From: Candidatus Latescibacterota bacterium
GTDB lineage: Bacteria; Latescibacterota; UBA2968
Direction: 5' to 3'
Length of the DNA: 64,000 bases
Assembly: GCA_965207885.1 (NCBI GenBank)
Contig: OZ242311.1
Coordinates: forward strand, 2,784,001 to 2,848,000
Within the stretch, counting starts at the first letter, position 1, and each line of letters opens with the position of its first letter. A model generated the notes under the pieces. The model had not been told where the DNA came from. It did no database searches and was given only the letters and a program-made list of their open reading frames with translations. The translations under genes and the position numbers were made by a program. Below, one piece after another: positions 9,197 to 19,274 of the stretch.

Positions 9197-10095
9197 TTAC
9201 CCCGTTTTAGTGGATAGTGTAGAACTTTCAACCCCGTCACCTTTTGCCATCAGTTTTTCATAGGTGATGGGCGATTGGTACCTGATCGCAGAGTGTCTGC
9301 GGTGTGGGTTATACCACCCTTCAATATACTCGAAGATAGACAGTTTGGCCTGATTATGATTGGGGAAGCTATGCCGGTCTATCAACTCGCATTCAAGGGT
9401 AGCAAAGAAGCTTTCACACAAGGCATTGTCAAAGCAATCGCCAACCGATCCGACAGAGGGTTTGACCCCCATTCTTGCACAGCGTTGACCAAAGGCATAA
9501 GAGGTATATTGAGCGCCTTGATCTGAATGATGGATGACCCCATCTGGTCGTCGGTTCCAAAGTGCCATATCCAAGGCATCTAAGACCAGTTGGGTCTTCA
9601 GATGCGAGGCCATTGCCCAACCAACTACGCGTCTGGAGAAGGCGTCGAGAACAACAGAGAGATACAAAAAGCCAGACCAGGTTTTTATGTAGGTAATATC
9701 AGCGACCCACAGCTTGTTGGGCTTATCAACCCTAAAGTCTCGCTTAACCAGATCAGGGGCTTTCTCGTCTGTGATAGACCGGTATGTAGTCAGGATACCT
9801 TTTCTTCGGCTCACACCACATATATTGGCTTGTCGCATCAGTCTTGCGACCCGTTTCTTGCTGATGTGGACACCTACTTCGCGCAGATCCTGAAAGATAC
9901 GCGGTGCGCCATAGGTTCCATTAGAACGCTGATGAAAGGTGCTTATTTGTTCTGTTAACTTTTCATCGTCCTTTGCCCGTTTAGATAAAGGTCTATTACA
10001 CCAGGCATAATACCCACTGGTGGAGACACCCAGCACGCGGCATAGCATGGTGATCGGATGGATGGCCTGATGCGCCTTTATGTATCTGAAGATTT
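9197..10095 (-). CDS. IS3 transposase OrfB (DDE), -1 frame relative to OrfA
   Basis: WVADITY, HSDQG, ESFF motifs; C-CCA-AAA slippery heptamer at 10093-10099. Confidence 0.9.
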
Positions 10096-10389
10096 TGGGG
10101 GTATCGCATCGGTCTCCGCTGCGAACCAGGCCGCGGCTTTTGCAAGGATCTCACGCTCTTGACGCAAGCGTTTATTTTCTTTGCGAAGCCGCTGAAGTTC
10201 TTCTCGCTCACGACTGGTCAACCCATCGTCCCGACGGCCTTCATCGCGGTCTGCTTGACGCACCCAGGCACTGATCGTCTGAGCGGTCGGCTCAAACTCT
10301 TTGGCCAAATCGCTGGCACTACGGCCTGATCTGACCAGCGCGACCATTTGCTGGCGAAATGCTGATGGATATGATCTTTTTCTTCCCAT
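10078..10389 (-). CDS. IS3 transposase OrfA (HTH plus leucine zipper)
   Basis: YPSAFRQQMV...ELQRLRKENKRLRQEREILAKAAAWFA. Confidence 0.9.
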   Translation of the reverse strand: MGRKRSYPSAFRQQMVALVRSGRSASDLAKEFEPTAQTISAWVRQADRDEGRRDDGLTSREREELQRLRKENKRLRQEREILAKAAAWFAAETDAIPPKSSDT

Positions 10390-10470
10390 TGCGGACTCCT
10401 TTCTCTGAAAGAGATAAGTTGTCCACTAAAACGGGTCAAGTCCACTTGTCCCCTTTTTCAAACTGAGACA

Positions 10471-10698
10471 CTACCGAAGGAATAAAAAAACGACTTGTAG
10501 CTCTTGCTGTTTCTCTATCTCTTCATCTGAAAGGGTTAATAAAGATTCAAGCACAACAGGTGATGGAATCATAATTTGTTCGCCCTTTTCAGAAATATCT
10601 TTCAGGAAGACTCGTGTGCGATTGATCATCGCTTCTTGTCCCTCAGACGCAAATGCTTGAATCCCCCAAAGCACGGTCTGTGTATCGAGACAGATCAC
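10471..10698 (-). pseudogene. PIN-domain protein, C-terminally truncated
   Basis: MICLDTQ start, IPSPVVLE; ends 26 bp from the IS. Confidence 0.7.
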
Positions 10699-11087
10699 AA
10701 TTCGTTCTCTCTATACCTCATTCCTTCCATAAATCGCTCAACATCTATGCCTTTCCATTTTTCTCCTACCATCTCACCGAGTTCTTTGAATGCTTGCAAT
10801 GGTGTTCCACTTTGGATATTCACTACAGACGTCGCTCTAAAATTGACAATAAACCAGGTATCTCGTTCCCACGTTGCTTCACCTGTCATTGCAACATTGT
10901 CATACAAGTTTCTCGCAAGTCTTCTCGCCATCTCCTCGGTCACTTCCACATGCAAAAGTCTCGATCTGTTTGGCAATCTAACATCGACTTTGGGTTCGAC
11001 CCCACCCACCCTGATACATCTTCCGAAAATTGTAGAAGTACCTTTAACATAAGGAGATACAGGATTAGAGAACCGAGATTTATCCAT
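10695..11087 (-). CDS. Hypothetical protein coupled to PIN gene (possibly internally deleted)
   Basis: GAGGA RBS plus ATG 11087; 4-nt overlap with PIN start. Confidence 0.55.
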   Translation of the reverse strand: MDKSRFSNPVSPYVKGTSTIFGRCIRVGGVEPKVDVRLPNRSRLLHVEVTEEMARRLARNLYDNVAMTGEATWERDTWFIVNFRATSVVNIQSGTPLQAFKELGEMVGEKWKGIDVERFMEGMRYRENEL

Positions 11088-11126
11088 TGTAAGATTCCTC
11101 AAAAAATAATGTCATACCTCTACAAT

Positions 11127-11155
11127 ACTATACAAATGTTTGCATCGCCTGTCAA
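11127..11155 (-). promoter_or_regulatory. Near-consensus sigma70 promoter
   Basis: TTGACA-17-TATAGT upstream of the hypothetical/PIN pair. Confidence 0.7.
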
Positions 11156-11185
11156 AGGTTTGCCGGGAATTTCCATTGATATCGC

Positions 11186-12559
11186 TCATCGCTCATAAAT
11201 ATCGGGCGACCAGTCAACGACATCGAGTTCCTGCTTGACGAGCACGGCTTTATACGGCGGCGCGTTTTTCATCAGCACCACACCCGCGCCCACCATCGCA
11301 CATGGTCCCACAATGCGACCGGGCATAATCATTGCACCGATACCCGTACGCGAGTAATCCCCAAATAACACGCCGGTAAAACCGGGGGCTTTTCGGCGAA
11401 TGCCCTGCACTTCGACCTCAATCTCCGCATCGTCAAAGCGCAGCGTGCCCACCTGTGTACCCGCGCCTATTTCCGCGCGCTCGCCAAAAATGCCCGAAAG
11501 CTGAATCTGATGGGTCACGCGCCCCTCTTCCAGCATAATACCGCCAAACTCGCCCAAATAAGTAATATGGCAGTTGGTATCTACTGTACCCGATACTTTG
11601 GCAAAAGGACCTATTTTGCAGCGATCGCCGATCACAGTACGGGATGCGATGTGAGAGCCTTCCAATATCTCCGTATCTTTCCCGATCCAGACCGGCCCCT
11701 CAATATAAGCATCCCGGGCAATCGTGGTATTTTCATCGACAAAGATGGGACCGCGAATGCGGGCGTCGGGATCGACCGTAGCCGTTGGCGCAACAACCGC
11801 TTCTGTAAGTCCATCAGCCATTTCAGCAAGTGCCATAAGCGAGACATTTTTCGGATGCCAGGGCAGGTCCATATCGAACCACGGCCCGGGTAAATCGACC
11901 GCAATAAGTGCGCGTCCTTCACCGTAGAGCAATGGGATAACATCGCAAATTTCCTGGCCCTCAGGCGGAAAGATACCATATTGGGTTCGCGGCACAAAAT
12001 CGGAGGTATTACCCATATCGGATAAAATTTCATTTTTAAAAACATAGAGACCAGACAGTGCCTGTCCCGATCCGCCTCGGGGCTTATAGGTATAGGAAGA
12101 CAAGCTCTGGTCCTTTTCAACGTGTGTGCGTATATGAGATGTGAGATCGTCAACCTGGACAATACCAGCGACGCCAGAACAGTTTCTATCTCTAAACGCA
12201 TCTAACAGGCGTGGGACTGCATCCGCACCAAAGAAAACATCTCCGAAAATGACCAGAACATCATCAGTGCCAATAAAATCAGACGCCAGCCCCACCGCAT
12301 GCGCCGTGCCTTTTGGCTGCGGTTGCTCAATATAAGTAATTTTACAGCCGAATCGTTGCCCACCGCCAAAATAATTGCGCGCCCGACCACCTCTATGCCC
12401 CACCACAATGCCAATATCCGTAATACCCGCATCGACCAGACGCGAAACCGTCCACTCCAAAAGCGGACGATTGCATATTGGAAACATCGGCTTGGGACGA
12501 AAGACATTAAATGGAAAAAATCGCTCGCCTTTTCCTGCCGCAAGAATAAGTGCTTTCAT
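11186..12559 (-). CDS. Sugar-1-phosphate nucleotidyltransferase/acetyltransferase (archaeal GlmU-like)
   Basis: LAAGKGER...PKPM, QPKGTAHA, hexapeptide repeats, LRFD...GDYSRTGIG tail. Confidence 0.8.
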   Translation of the reverse strand: MKALILAAGKGERFFPFNVFRPKPMFPICNRPLLEWTVSRLVDAGITDIGIVVGHRGGRARNYFGGGQRFGCKITYIEQPQPKGTAHAVGLASDFIGTDDVLVIFGDVFFGADAVPRLLDAFRDRNCSGVAGIVQVDDLTSHIRTHVEKDQSLSSYTYKPRGGSGQALSGLYVFKNEILSDMGNTSDFVPRTQYGIFPPEGQEICDVIPLLYGEGRALIAVDLPGPWFDMDLPWHPKNVSLMALAEMADGLTEAVVAPTATVDPDARIRGPIFVDENTTIARDAYIEGPVWIGKDTEILEGSHIASRTVIGDRCKIGPFAKVSGTVDTNCHITYLGEFGGIMLEEGRVTHQIQLSGIFGERAEIGAGTQVGTLRFDDAEIEVEVQGIRRKAPGFTGVLFGDYSRTGIGAMIMPGRIVGPCAMVGAGVVLMKNAPPYKAVLVKQELDVVDWSPDIYER

Positions 12560-12678
12560 AGAAACTCCGGAATGAAGTTTGAAGTGCCCAACTCCCAGCC
12601 CCCCGCCTTTTGTATCTTGACATTGCGTGCATTATGGACTACAATTTTTTTCAGGACCTCATCGCAAAGGCTTTCACA

Positions 12679-14856
12679 ATGCCATTTTTCAAAAACGAAT
12701 TAGTGAGTCGTATCGCGTTATTCGCTTTCCCCTTTATCGCCGTATTTGTAATAGTTGGCTATTTGGGAATAGGAGAACAACGCGATCCCATTTTTCGGGT
12801 TGCAGAACTAATTGCACAGCAAAAATTTACCGAAGCATTATCTGCACTCGACAATATGGATACTACCCAGCGCGATGCCTGGGATACGCACACCGCCGCG
12901 TTACAACGCGCGATTTGTCTGATGCACCTGGGCAAATACTCAGACGCATTGACAATTCTTCAGTCTTCAGGCACCACGCGCAAAGAAATTGCCGATTACG
13001 TAACCTTTTGGATGGGACAATGCGCCGAGGCTTTGGGGCAAGCCAAAGACGCTGAAAATCACTATGCAAAAACTCTGCACATGAAACCAGTGAGTTTGCT
13101 CGGCGATCAGGCGACACTCAATGCCGCGCGGGCCTCGCTTGCCCAGGGCAATGCAGAAGGTGCTATCGCATATTATCAAACACTTGTTGGCAAGCATCCA
13201 CGCGAAAGCGATGCACTTGCAGGAATGGTTGAGGCCTGGACGGCTCTGGGCGATTCTGTTGCTGCGCGCGAGACCCGCTTGAAATTGATCAAAAATTATC
13301 CCAAACATCCATCCGCTTACAAAATGCTCTCCGCGCTCAGTGATATGCGCGATGCTGAAGAACTGTTTTACGCTGGTGTGGCCTGTATGCACGCCGGAAA
13401 ATATCAACAGGCTATTGTTTTATTGCGCCACGTGATCGATGAATCCCAAGATGCCACATGGCGGGGGAAAGCGCAATACGAACTGGGCCATGTATATTAT
13501 CGCAGTCGAAAATATCTCAAAGCCGAAAACACATTTGATCGCGCCTTCAAAGTGTATCACAGACCCGAAGCACTTTTTTATCTGGGCCGATGTGCCATCA
13601 AGCGCGGGCACGATTTAACGGGAACAACGCGGTTTCGAGAATTTGTGCGCCGCTATCCCAATGCAAAGACCGCACCCGAAGCACTCTGGCAGGCCGCCAT
13701 GGCCTACGAGCGACGGGGGCGGCACAGCGATGCTCGCAAACTGTTTATAGCACTGGCAAAAGCCTACCCCAAAAGCACTTATGCCGACCAGGCGGCGTGG
13801 CGCGCGAGATTCGCGCTTTATCAAACGCGGCAATACACGGCTGCTTCCAAAGCCTTTTTACATCTATCGCGCCAGACCACTGCGAGCCATCTGCGCGATC
13901 AGGGGTATTACTGGGCGGGCAAGTGTTATCAAAAATTGGGACAAAAAGCAGAAGCGCGATTCTGGATTGAACGCGCCTCAGAAGGTTTCCCCACCTCTTA
14001 TTACTCGGCACGCGCGCATGCGGTCCTGGGCAAAACAGAACATGCCTATATCGAAGCGCCCCAACCGGGCGAACACCTATCGATTGGTCAATCCTATACG
14101 CCTTCGGTGCATATCCCAAAAGGAGATGTATTGGCGTCTATTGGGTTGTATCGAGATGCCGAGCGAGAATACGATCGCGCGCGGCGGATTCTCGGGCGCA
14201 ATTTATTCGCGCTGGATGATTTGAAGCCGCGCTATGAGCGCGTTCGCGCCATGCACAAGGCACTTCAAATTTCCGCACAGATTGTAATGTTAGAACGCGC
14301 ACAGGGGATATCCATGACGCGGGCCTCATTCCGTCGATTGTATCCAACGTATTATTGGGGCGAGATCAACCAGATAGCGCAAAAAATGAATCTTGATCCC
14401 AATCTCATGATCGCCATCATGCGACAGGAAAGCGCGTTTAATACAACCGCTGTATCTCGCGCTGGCGCACGTGGACTGATGCAGGTGATGCCACAAACGG
14501 GACGGGACATGGCCCGACTTGTCAAGCTCAAAAATTTTTCAACCGAAGACCTCCACGATCCCCAAACGTCAATTTTATTGGGCGGAAAACATCTCTCCGA
14601 CCACATGAGGGCATTTCGAAAAGATAAACACAGGCAACTCAGTTTGGCACTATCGGCTTATAATGCGGGTCTGGATGCTGCAAAGCGATGGGCAAAAGCC
14701 CTGACAAGGCACGACGTCGATGAATTTATAGAGCGCATTCCCTATAAAGAAACCCGCAATTATGTGAAACTCGTATATCGAAATTATCGCGTTTATTCTT
14801 ACCTCAATAATGCGCAGTCAGAGGTAGAAATATCATTGGGATATGGAAATGAATGA
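12679..14856 (+). CDS. TPR-containing soluble lytic murein transglycosylase (Slt-like)
   Basis: RQESAF, GARGLMQVMP, AYNAG, ETRNYVK; TPR helices; N-terminal TM anchor. Confidence 0.9.
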   Translation: MPFFKNELVSRIALFAFPFIAVFVIVGYLGIGEQRDPIFRVAELIAQQKFTEALSALDNMDTTQRDAWDTHTAALQRAICLMHLGKYSDALTILQSSGTTRKEIADYVTFWMGQCAEALGQAKDAENHYAKTLHMKPVSLLGDQATLNAARASLAQGNAEGAIAYYQTLVGKHPRESDALAGMVEAWTALGDSVAARETRLKLIKNYPKHPSAYKMLSALSDMRDAEELFYAGVACMHAGKYQQAIVLLRHVIDESQDATWRGKAQYELGHVYYRSRKYLKAENTFDRAFKVYHRPEALFYLGRCAIKRGHDLTGTTRFREFVRRYPNAKTAPEALWQAAMAYERRGRHSDARKLFIALAKAYPKSTYADQAAWRARFALYQTRQYTAASKAFLHLSRQTTASHLRDQGYYWAGKCYQKLGQKAEARFWIERASEGFPTSYYSARAHAVLGKTEHAYIEAPQPGEHLSIGQSYTPSVHIPKGDVLASIGLYRDAEREYDRARRILGRNLFALDDLKPRYERVRAMHKALQISAQIVMLERAQGISMTRASFRRLYPTYYWGEINQIAQKMNLDPNLMIAIMRQESAFNTTAVSRAGARGLMQVMPQTGRDMARLVKLKNFSTEDLHDPQTSILLGGKHLSDHMRAFRKDKHRQLSLALSAYNAGLDAAKRWAKALTRHDVDEFIERIPYKETRNYVKLVYRNYRVYSYLNNAQSEVEISLGYGNE

Positions 14857-15049
14857 GCGACCACTGTGGCTAATTCTGGAAGACGCATTTATCATCCTGT
14901 GCATTGGAGCACTCTGGCCGGGTATCCTGGGCTGGCAGGGTTGGATCTGGGATATGGTGCAATATATCGCACTCATTGGACTGGTGTGGATTTTGATACG
15001 GCGGATTGGTCGCTATCGGATGAGACGGGATGAGGGTGACGACGATTAA
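14849..15049 (+). CDS. Small two-TM membrane protein
   Basis: Overlaps Slt stop; two hydrophobic segments, basic tail. Confidence 0.6.
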   Translation: MNERPLWLILEDAFIILCIGALWPGILGWQGWIWDMVQYIALIGLVWILIRRIGRYRMRRDEGDDD

Positions 15050-15085
15050 GGGACCTTCTCACCAAACCAAATAGGACTCACGAAC

Positions 15086-15892
15086 ATGGACGAACACGAA
15101 AAATTCTTCTTTGACCTCAACGGCTACCTCGTCGTCGAAAACGCTCTAACACCCGCCGAAATTGCCGCGTGTAACAAAGCCATTGACAACAACCCCGACA
15201 GGATGCGCATCCGCCCGCCAGAGCAATCCCTCTCCGGCGAGTCCAAAACACTCAAGGGCAAACACGGGCGCACCGATTTGGGCGGCATGCTCACCTGGCC
15301 CAAACCCTGGTGCCAACCCTTCCGCGATTTACTCGCCCACCCAAATATCGTGCCCTACCTCGCGGAATTGCTACGCGAAGACTGTCGCCTCGACCACCTC
15401 TATGGCATCATCATGGAAAAAGGATCCGAGGGCCATGTCATCCATGGCGGGGGCACGGCTGACGACCTGACGCACTTCTACCAATTTCACAACGGGCGCA
15501 TGCGCTGTGGCCTCACCGTCGTCTCGTGGGTACTCACCGATTGCAACCCCGGCGAGGGCGGATTTGCCTGCATTCCCGGCAGCCACAAATCCAATTACAA
15601 AACACCCCGCGATGTCGCACTTCTCGACCGGAATATGGGTGTTGTACAACAGGTCTCGGCAAAAGCGGGATCGGCAGTCATCTTCACAGAAGCACTCGCA
15701 CATGGCACGCTCCCCTGGACAGCCGACCATCAACGCAGATCCATTCTCTACAAATACTCGCCTGGCACCCTGACCTATTCAGCGCGGTATTTGCCGCCGG
15801 ATGTTGAAAACGCGCTCGACGAATTCACACCCACACAACGCGCGCTGCTCGAGCCGCCTTACCGCACAAATCGCCCGCGCGTCACTCAATAA
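15086..15892 (+). CDS. PhyH-family Fe(II)/2OG dioxygenase-like protein
   Basis: FDLNGYLV, IPGSHK, FTEALAHG, RRSILYKY. Confidence 0.85.
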   Translation: MDEHEKFFFDLNGYLVVENALTPAEIAACNKAIDNNPDRMRIRPPEQSLSGESKTLKGKHGRTDLGGMLTWPKPWCQPFRDLLAHPNIVPYLAELLREDCRLDHLYGIIMEKGSEGHVIHGGGTADDLTHFYQFHNGRMRCGLTVVSWVLTDCNPGEGGFACIPGSHKSNYKTPRDVALLDRNMGVVQQVSAKAGSAVIFTEALAHGTLPWTADHQRRSILYKYSPGTLTYSARYLPPDVENALDEFTPTQRALLEPPYRTNRPRVTQ

Positions 15893-15896
15893 TCCC

Positions 15897-16622
15897 ATGA
15901 ACATCCTCATCCTCGGTGGCAATGGTTTTCTCGGTCCTTATGTCGTCAAAACCCTCGAAGACCACCACCAGCTTCGCGTCACCGACCTCATGCCCATCGA
16001 TACACCGCACGACACGCGGCAGGTCGATGTATCCGATTTTGCTCAAGTCAGGTCCGCTGCAGAGGGCATGGACGTCATCATCAACTGCTCTGTTCAGCGC
16101 ACCCATCGCAAAATTGCTTTTGGCGTGAACACAATGGGAACGCACAACGCACTCCGCGCCGCAGTTGCGTATGGCATGAAACGCTTTATCAACACGGGAC
16201 CGCGCTTCTCACTCGTCGGCCCTTCCTACCTCGATTACGACCATACCATTTCTGAAAAAATCCCCCCACAACCCGGCACGGAACTCTATGCGATGAGCAA
16301 AGGCCTCGGCCTTGAAATCTGCCGACTCTTCAGCGAACACCATCCGCTACACGTCCTCTCGCTCATCTTCTCGCGCTTTCGAGAGCCCACCGCCGATCCG
16401 CACAACACCGATGACAGCACCCTCAGCATATCGGCTAGAGATGCCGCACAAGCCGTTAAGTCCGCCATAGAAGTCGATCTTCAAACGCTCCCATCGCGCT
16501 TTGAAGTCTTCTTTATCACCACAGACCTGCCGCACAACCGCTTCCCAAACGCGCGCGCGCGCACAATACTCGGTTTTGAGCCCCAGGACAAACTCGAATC
16601 CTACTGGACAAAGCCTACCTAA
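15897..16622 (+). CDS. NAD-dependent epimerase/dehydratase (uronate dehydrogenase-like)
   Basis: GGNGFLG, YAMSK. Confidence 0.8.
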   Translation: MNILILGGNGFLGPYVVKTLEDHHQLRVTDLMPIDTPHDTRQVDVSDFAQVRSAAEGMDVIINCSVQRTHRKIAFGVNTMGTHNALRAAVAYGMKRFINTGPRFSLVGPSYLDYDHTISEKIPPQPGTELYAMSKGLGLEICRLFSEHHPLHVLSLIFSRFREPTADPHNTDDSTLSISARDAAQAVKSAIEVDLQTLPSRFEVFFITTDLPHNRFPNARARTILGFEPQDKLESYWTKPT

Positions 16623-17623
16623 ATCGCCACCTGCTGTCCCGTCTTTGCCGATTCAAAAATCGCGTCAATCAATCCCATTGAGGCGCGCAATTGATCGGGC
16701 GTCACATTGGGCTTTGCCTCCCCCCGGCACGCAGCGATCAAATTTTCATAGAGCTGATCGCGTTCGTGAATCACCTCCATTGTCTCGGCTGCATCCATAT
16801 CTTCCGTCTGCACAGTAATTTGGCTATTGACCCCCTGCGCGGTAATACATCCCTTCGTACCCACCACATACCAGTGAGGCGCGGGAAGAATCGTCATATT
16901 GCTCGCCTCCAGATACGCTGTCGCACCCCCTTCAAACCGCATCAAACATGAAAAATGGTCATCTACTTCATCGCTGAACACAATACCGCGCGCATCTGCC
17001 GACACAGCCGTTAACGGACGATCGACGAGCCGAAGCACCTGATCGCCACAATGAGGCGCGTAATCGTACACCATTCCACCGCCGTAATCGCGCTGAATGC
17101 GCCACGTCGGATTAAAGCCCTCAATCCCCCATTTGGTCCATCCTTCGCCGTATTGCGACCACACCCGGCGCACGTGCTGTACCTCCCCGATGCGCCCACT
17201 TTCCACACACTTCACGATCGCCCGATACTCCCCGTCATATCGCCGCGACTGATGGCAATGAATCACCACACCGGCCTGCTCGGCAGCATCAATCATTTGT
17301 TCGGCTTCGGCGCGCGTCATCGCAAACGGCTTATCCACAAACACATGCTTACCCGCCTCGGCCGCCTGCACCGCGAGTTCGCAATGCGTATTCGGCGGTG
17401 TGGTCACAACAATCAGCTGAACGCCATCATCCGATAGCAAATCGCCAAAATGCTCGTAAATCGCCGCCTCGGTATTATCTTTTGCAGCCGCCTGGCGGCG
17501 CACCTCGGTCATATCGCACACGGCGGCCAACCGCGTATCCTCCCGGTTGTTAATCCAGTTCCTGTGTGCCCCCGTAGCAACTTTTCCATACCCGACAATA
17601 CCAACACCCATTTCGCGACTCAT
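16619..17623 (-). CDS. Gfo/Idh/MocA oxidoreductase
   Basis: GIVGYG, GKHVFVDKP, GGGMVYD. Confidence 0.9.
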   Translation of the reverse strand: MSREMGVGIVGYGKVATGAHRNWINNREDTRLAAVCDMTEVRRQAAAKDNTEAAIYEHFGDLLSDDGVQLIVVTTPPNTHCELAVQAAEAGKHVFVDKPFAMTRAEAEQMIDAAEQAGVVIHCHQSRRYDGEYRAIVKCVESGRIGEVQHVRRVWSQYGEGWTKWGIEGFNPTWRIQRDYGGGMVYDYAPHCGDQVLRLVDRPLTAVSADARGIVFSDEVDDHFSCLMRFEGGATAYLEASNMTILPAPHWYVVGTKGCITAQGVNSQITVQTEDMDAAETMEVIHERDQLYENLIAACRGEAKPNVTPDQLRASMGLIDAIFESAKTGQQVAI

Positions 17624-17641
17624 TTTTTTCTCCTATATTCA

Positions 17642-19258
17642 TCACCCGGGCAAATCCCGGCCATTTATACAACCGGGTCCACCGGCCGCCATATATCCAG
17701 AACTCGCCCCATTGGGATCATCCGTAACCCAAAACGAAAATAATCGCCCTGACCGCAAATAAAACCTGAACACCACAGGACGCCCAACAATCGAAGACAG
17801 ATTTTTGCCAGAAGTCCACAAAACCTCGCAACAGGTGCGATCCACACAAAGGGGTACACACTGATCCGCACTTAAACCCTCGACCAGCCGCCCATTTTCT
17901 TCCAGCACTTCCACCCGCAATTCACCCTTCGGCACCTCCGCATTCACAAATAATCGATGCCCCTTAAAAACCACAGGGCGCGTGGTTAGCACACCGCCTT
18001 CCGTCCCTGCATCCATAGATGCAAAACCATCCCTCCGAATAGTTGCCAACCCCGTACTCGCGCCCGCATACATCACGCGCCGACTTCGCCCGATCGCTCC
18101 CGCATCTGTCTTGCCGAGCTTTGGCGACTGGCCGGAGAAACCTGTGAAATAAATCCACACCTTATCCCCCACCACCATACAAACGCCGCCCACCGCGTGC
18201 AAATACGCCCGATTCCAATCGCCAATACGACGCGACGAGGCGAGAAAAGGCGTGCGATTTGGGCGGCTAAAATGAAACCCATCGCGACTATACCCCAGTT
18301 CCAAGTCCATTGTTTTGGGCACGCCCTTTTCCGCACAAATATCATTTTCAGGCCCGCGAAAAATTGCGAACATCCCCAGCATCAAACTCTCATAAGGCGT
18401 TGCATTCACATCGTAAAGCGCGACCCGGTGATCCGGCAGTGCAGGATCGGGCAAAGCGAGACTGTCGATGCGCTGCCAGAGAACCTCATCTCGATCCCGA
18501 TCCCACGTAGGCAAAAAATCATCGCACTCCCGATAAAATCGCGCGCGTAAATTGGCACTCTGCCGCCGAATGCTCATACACCACTTTTTGCGAAATGGAT
18601 TGTAAAAAAATGACGTATTATCGCCCACGGGTGTGGTCACAACGGGATCAGACCAGTGAATCCCATCGGGTGAAGTGTGCAACCAGCCCTCTGAGGCAGT
18701 CGCGTTTCTCCCTGTGTCATACCGATAATACTGAAACATCTTAAAGCGTTCTTCGGGTCTTTCTGCGTCATAGTCCAGCCACACCAGACACCCGTCTCAA
18801 TCGTATCCATCCCGATTGGGCCATACGAGATTCGTACCGCGCACAACATCGAGATCTGGACGATCCCAGTGAATACCATCTCGGCTTATTGCCAGTGCCG
18901 TACTGTGAAACCAGCCCGGCATGTACCACAGCTTAAACAACCCATCTTCGGGATCGTACCACGCGCCGTCATTAAACGGTGCAGCCATTGGACAATACCC
19001 ATTGTCCATTTCCTCATCCGTCTCGGGACTCAGGACGGGACTCGCCTCATGGATTTTTGCCTCGCCAAAACCCCTCGTTAGAGAAGTAGATGCAATCAGA
19101 AAATCATCCACAAACAACTGCCTGCCCAGATCGATGCAAATCACCTTTGGCGGATCGTCCAAATAGGGAACGGGAACAGGTGCCGTGCCGCCTTCATCCA
19201 CATCGCGAGGAGGCCAGGTCTCTGGCAACACAATCCCATTGTACAGCAATGCATTCAT
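17642..19258 (-). pseudogene. GH32-like beta-propeller glycosidase with in-frame TGA (18797-18799)
   Basis: Both ORFs share a frame (RDGYD*DGCLVWLD); GRQLFVDD, SRDGIHW, SPDGIHW, RRDGFAS motifs. Confidence 0.8.
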
Positions 19259-19274
19259 AATCTCATCCCATATT

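Larger units (their letters stand above)
9192..10444 (-). mobile_element. IS3-family insertion sequence, 1253 bp
   Basis: TG...CA ends; IRs TGGAGTTACCCCGTTTTAGTGGATA and TGGACTTGACCCGTTTTAGTGGACA; orfA/orfB layout. Confidence 0.95.

Noticed and set aside
10445-10473. End of a second IS (TAGTGTCTCAGTTTGAAAAAGGGG on the minus strand) truncating the PIN gene
   Set aside because: Plausible, but no partner IR or transposase in the window to support it.
6748-18799. UGA recoding (code 4/25 or selenocysteine) to explain the in-frame TGAs
   Set aside because: TGA ends many intact genes here (for example dxs, uppP, higB); the two sites imply different residues, neither is a Cys-like position, and no convincing SECIS follows.
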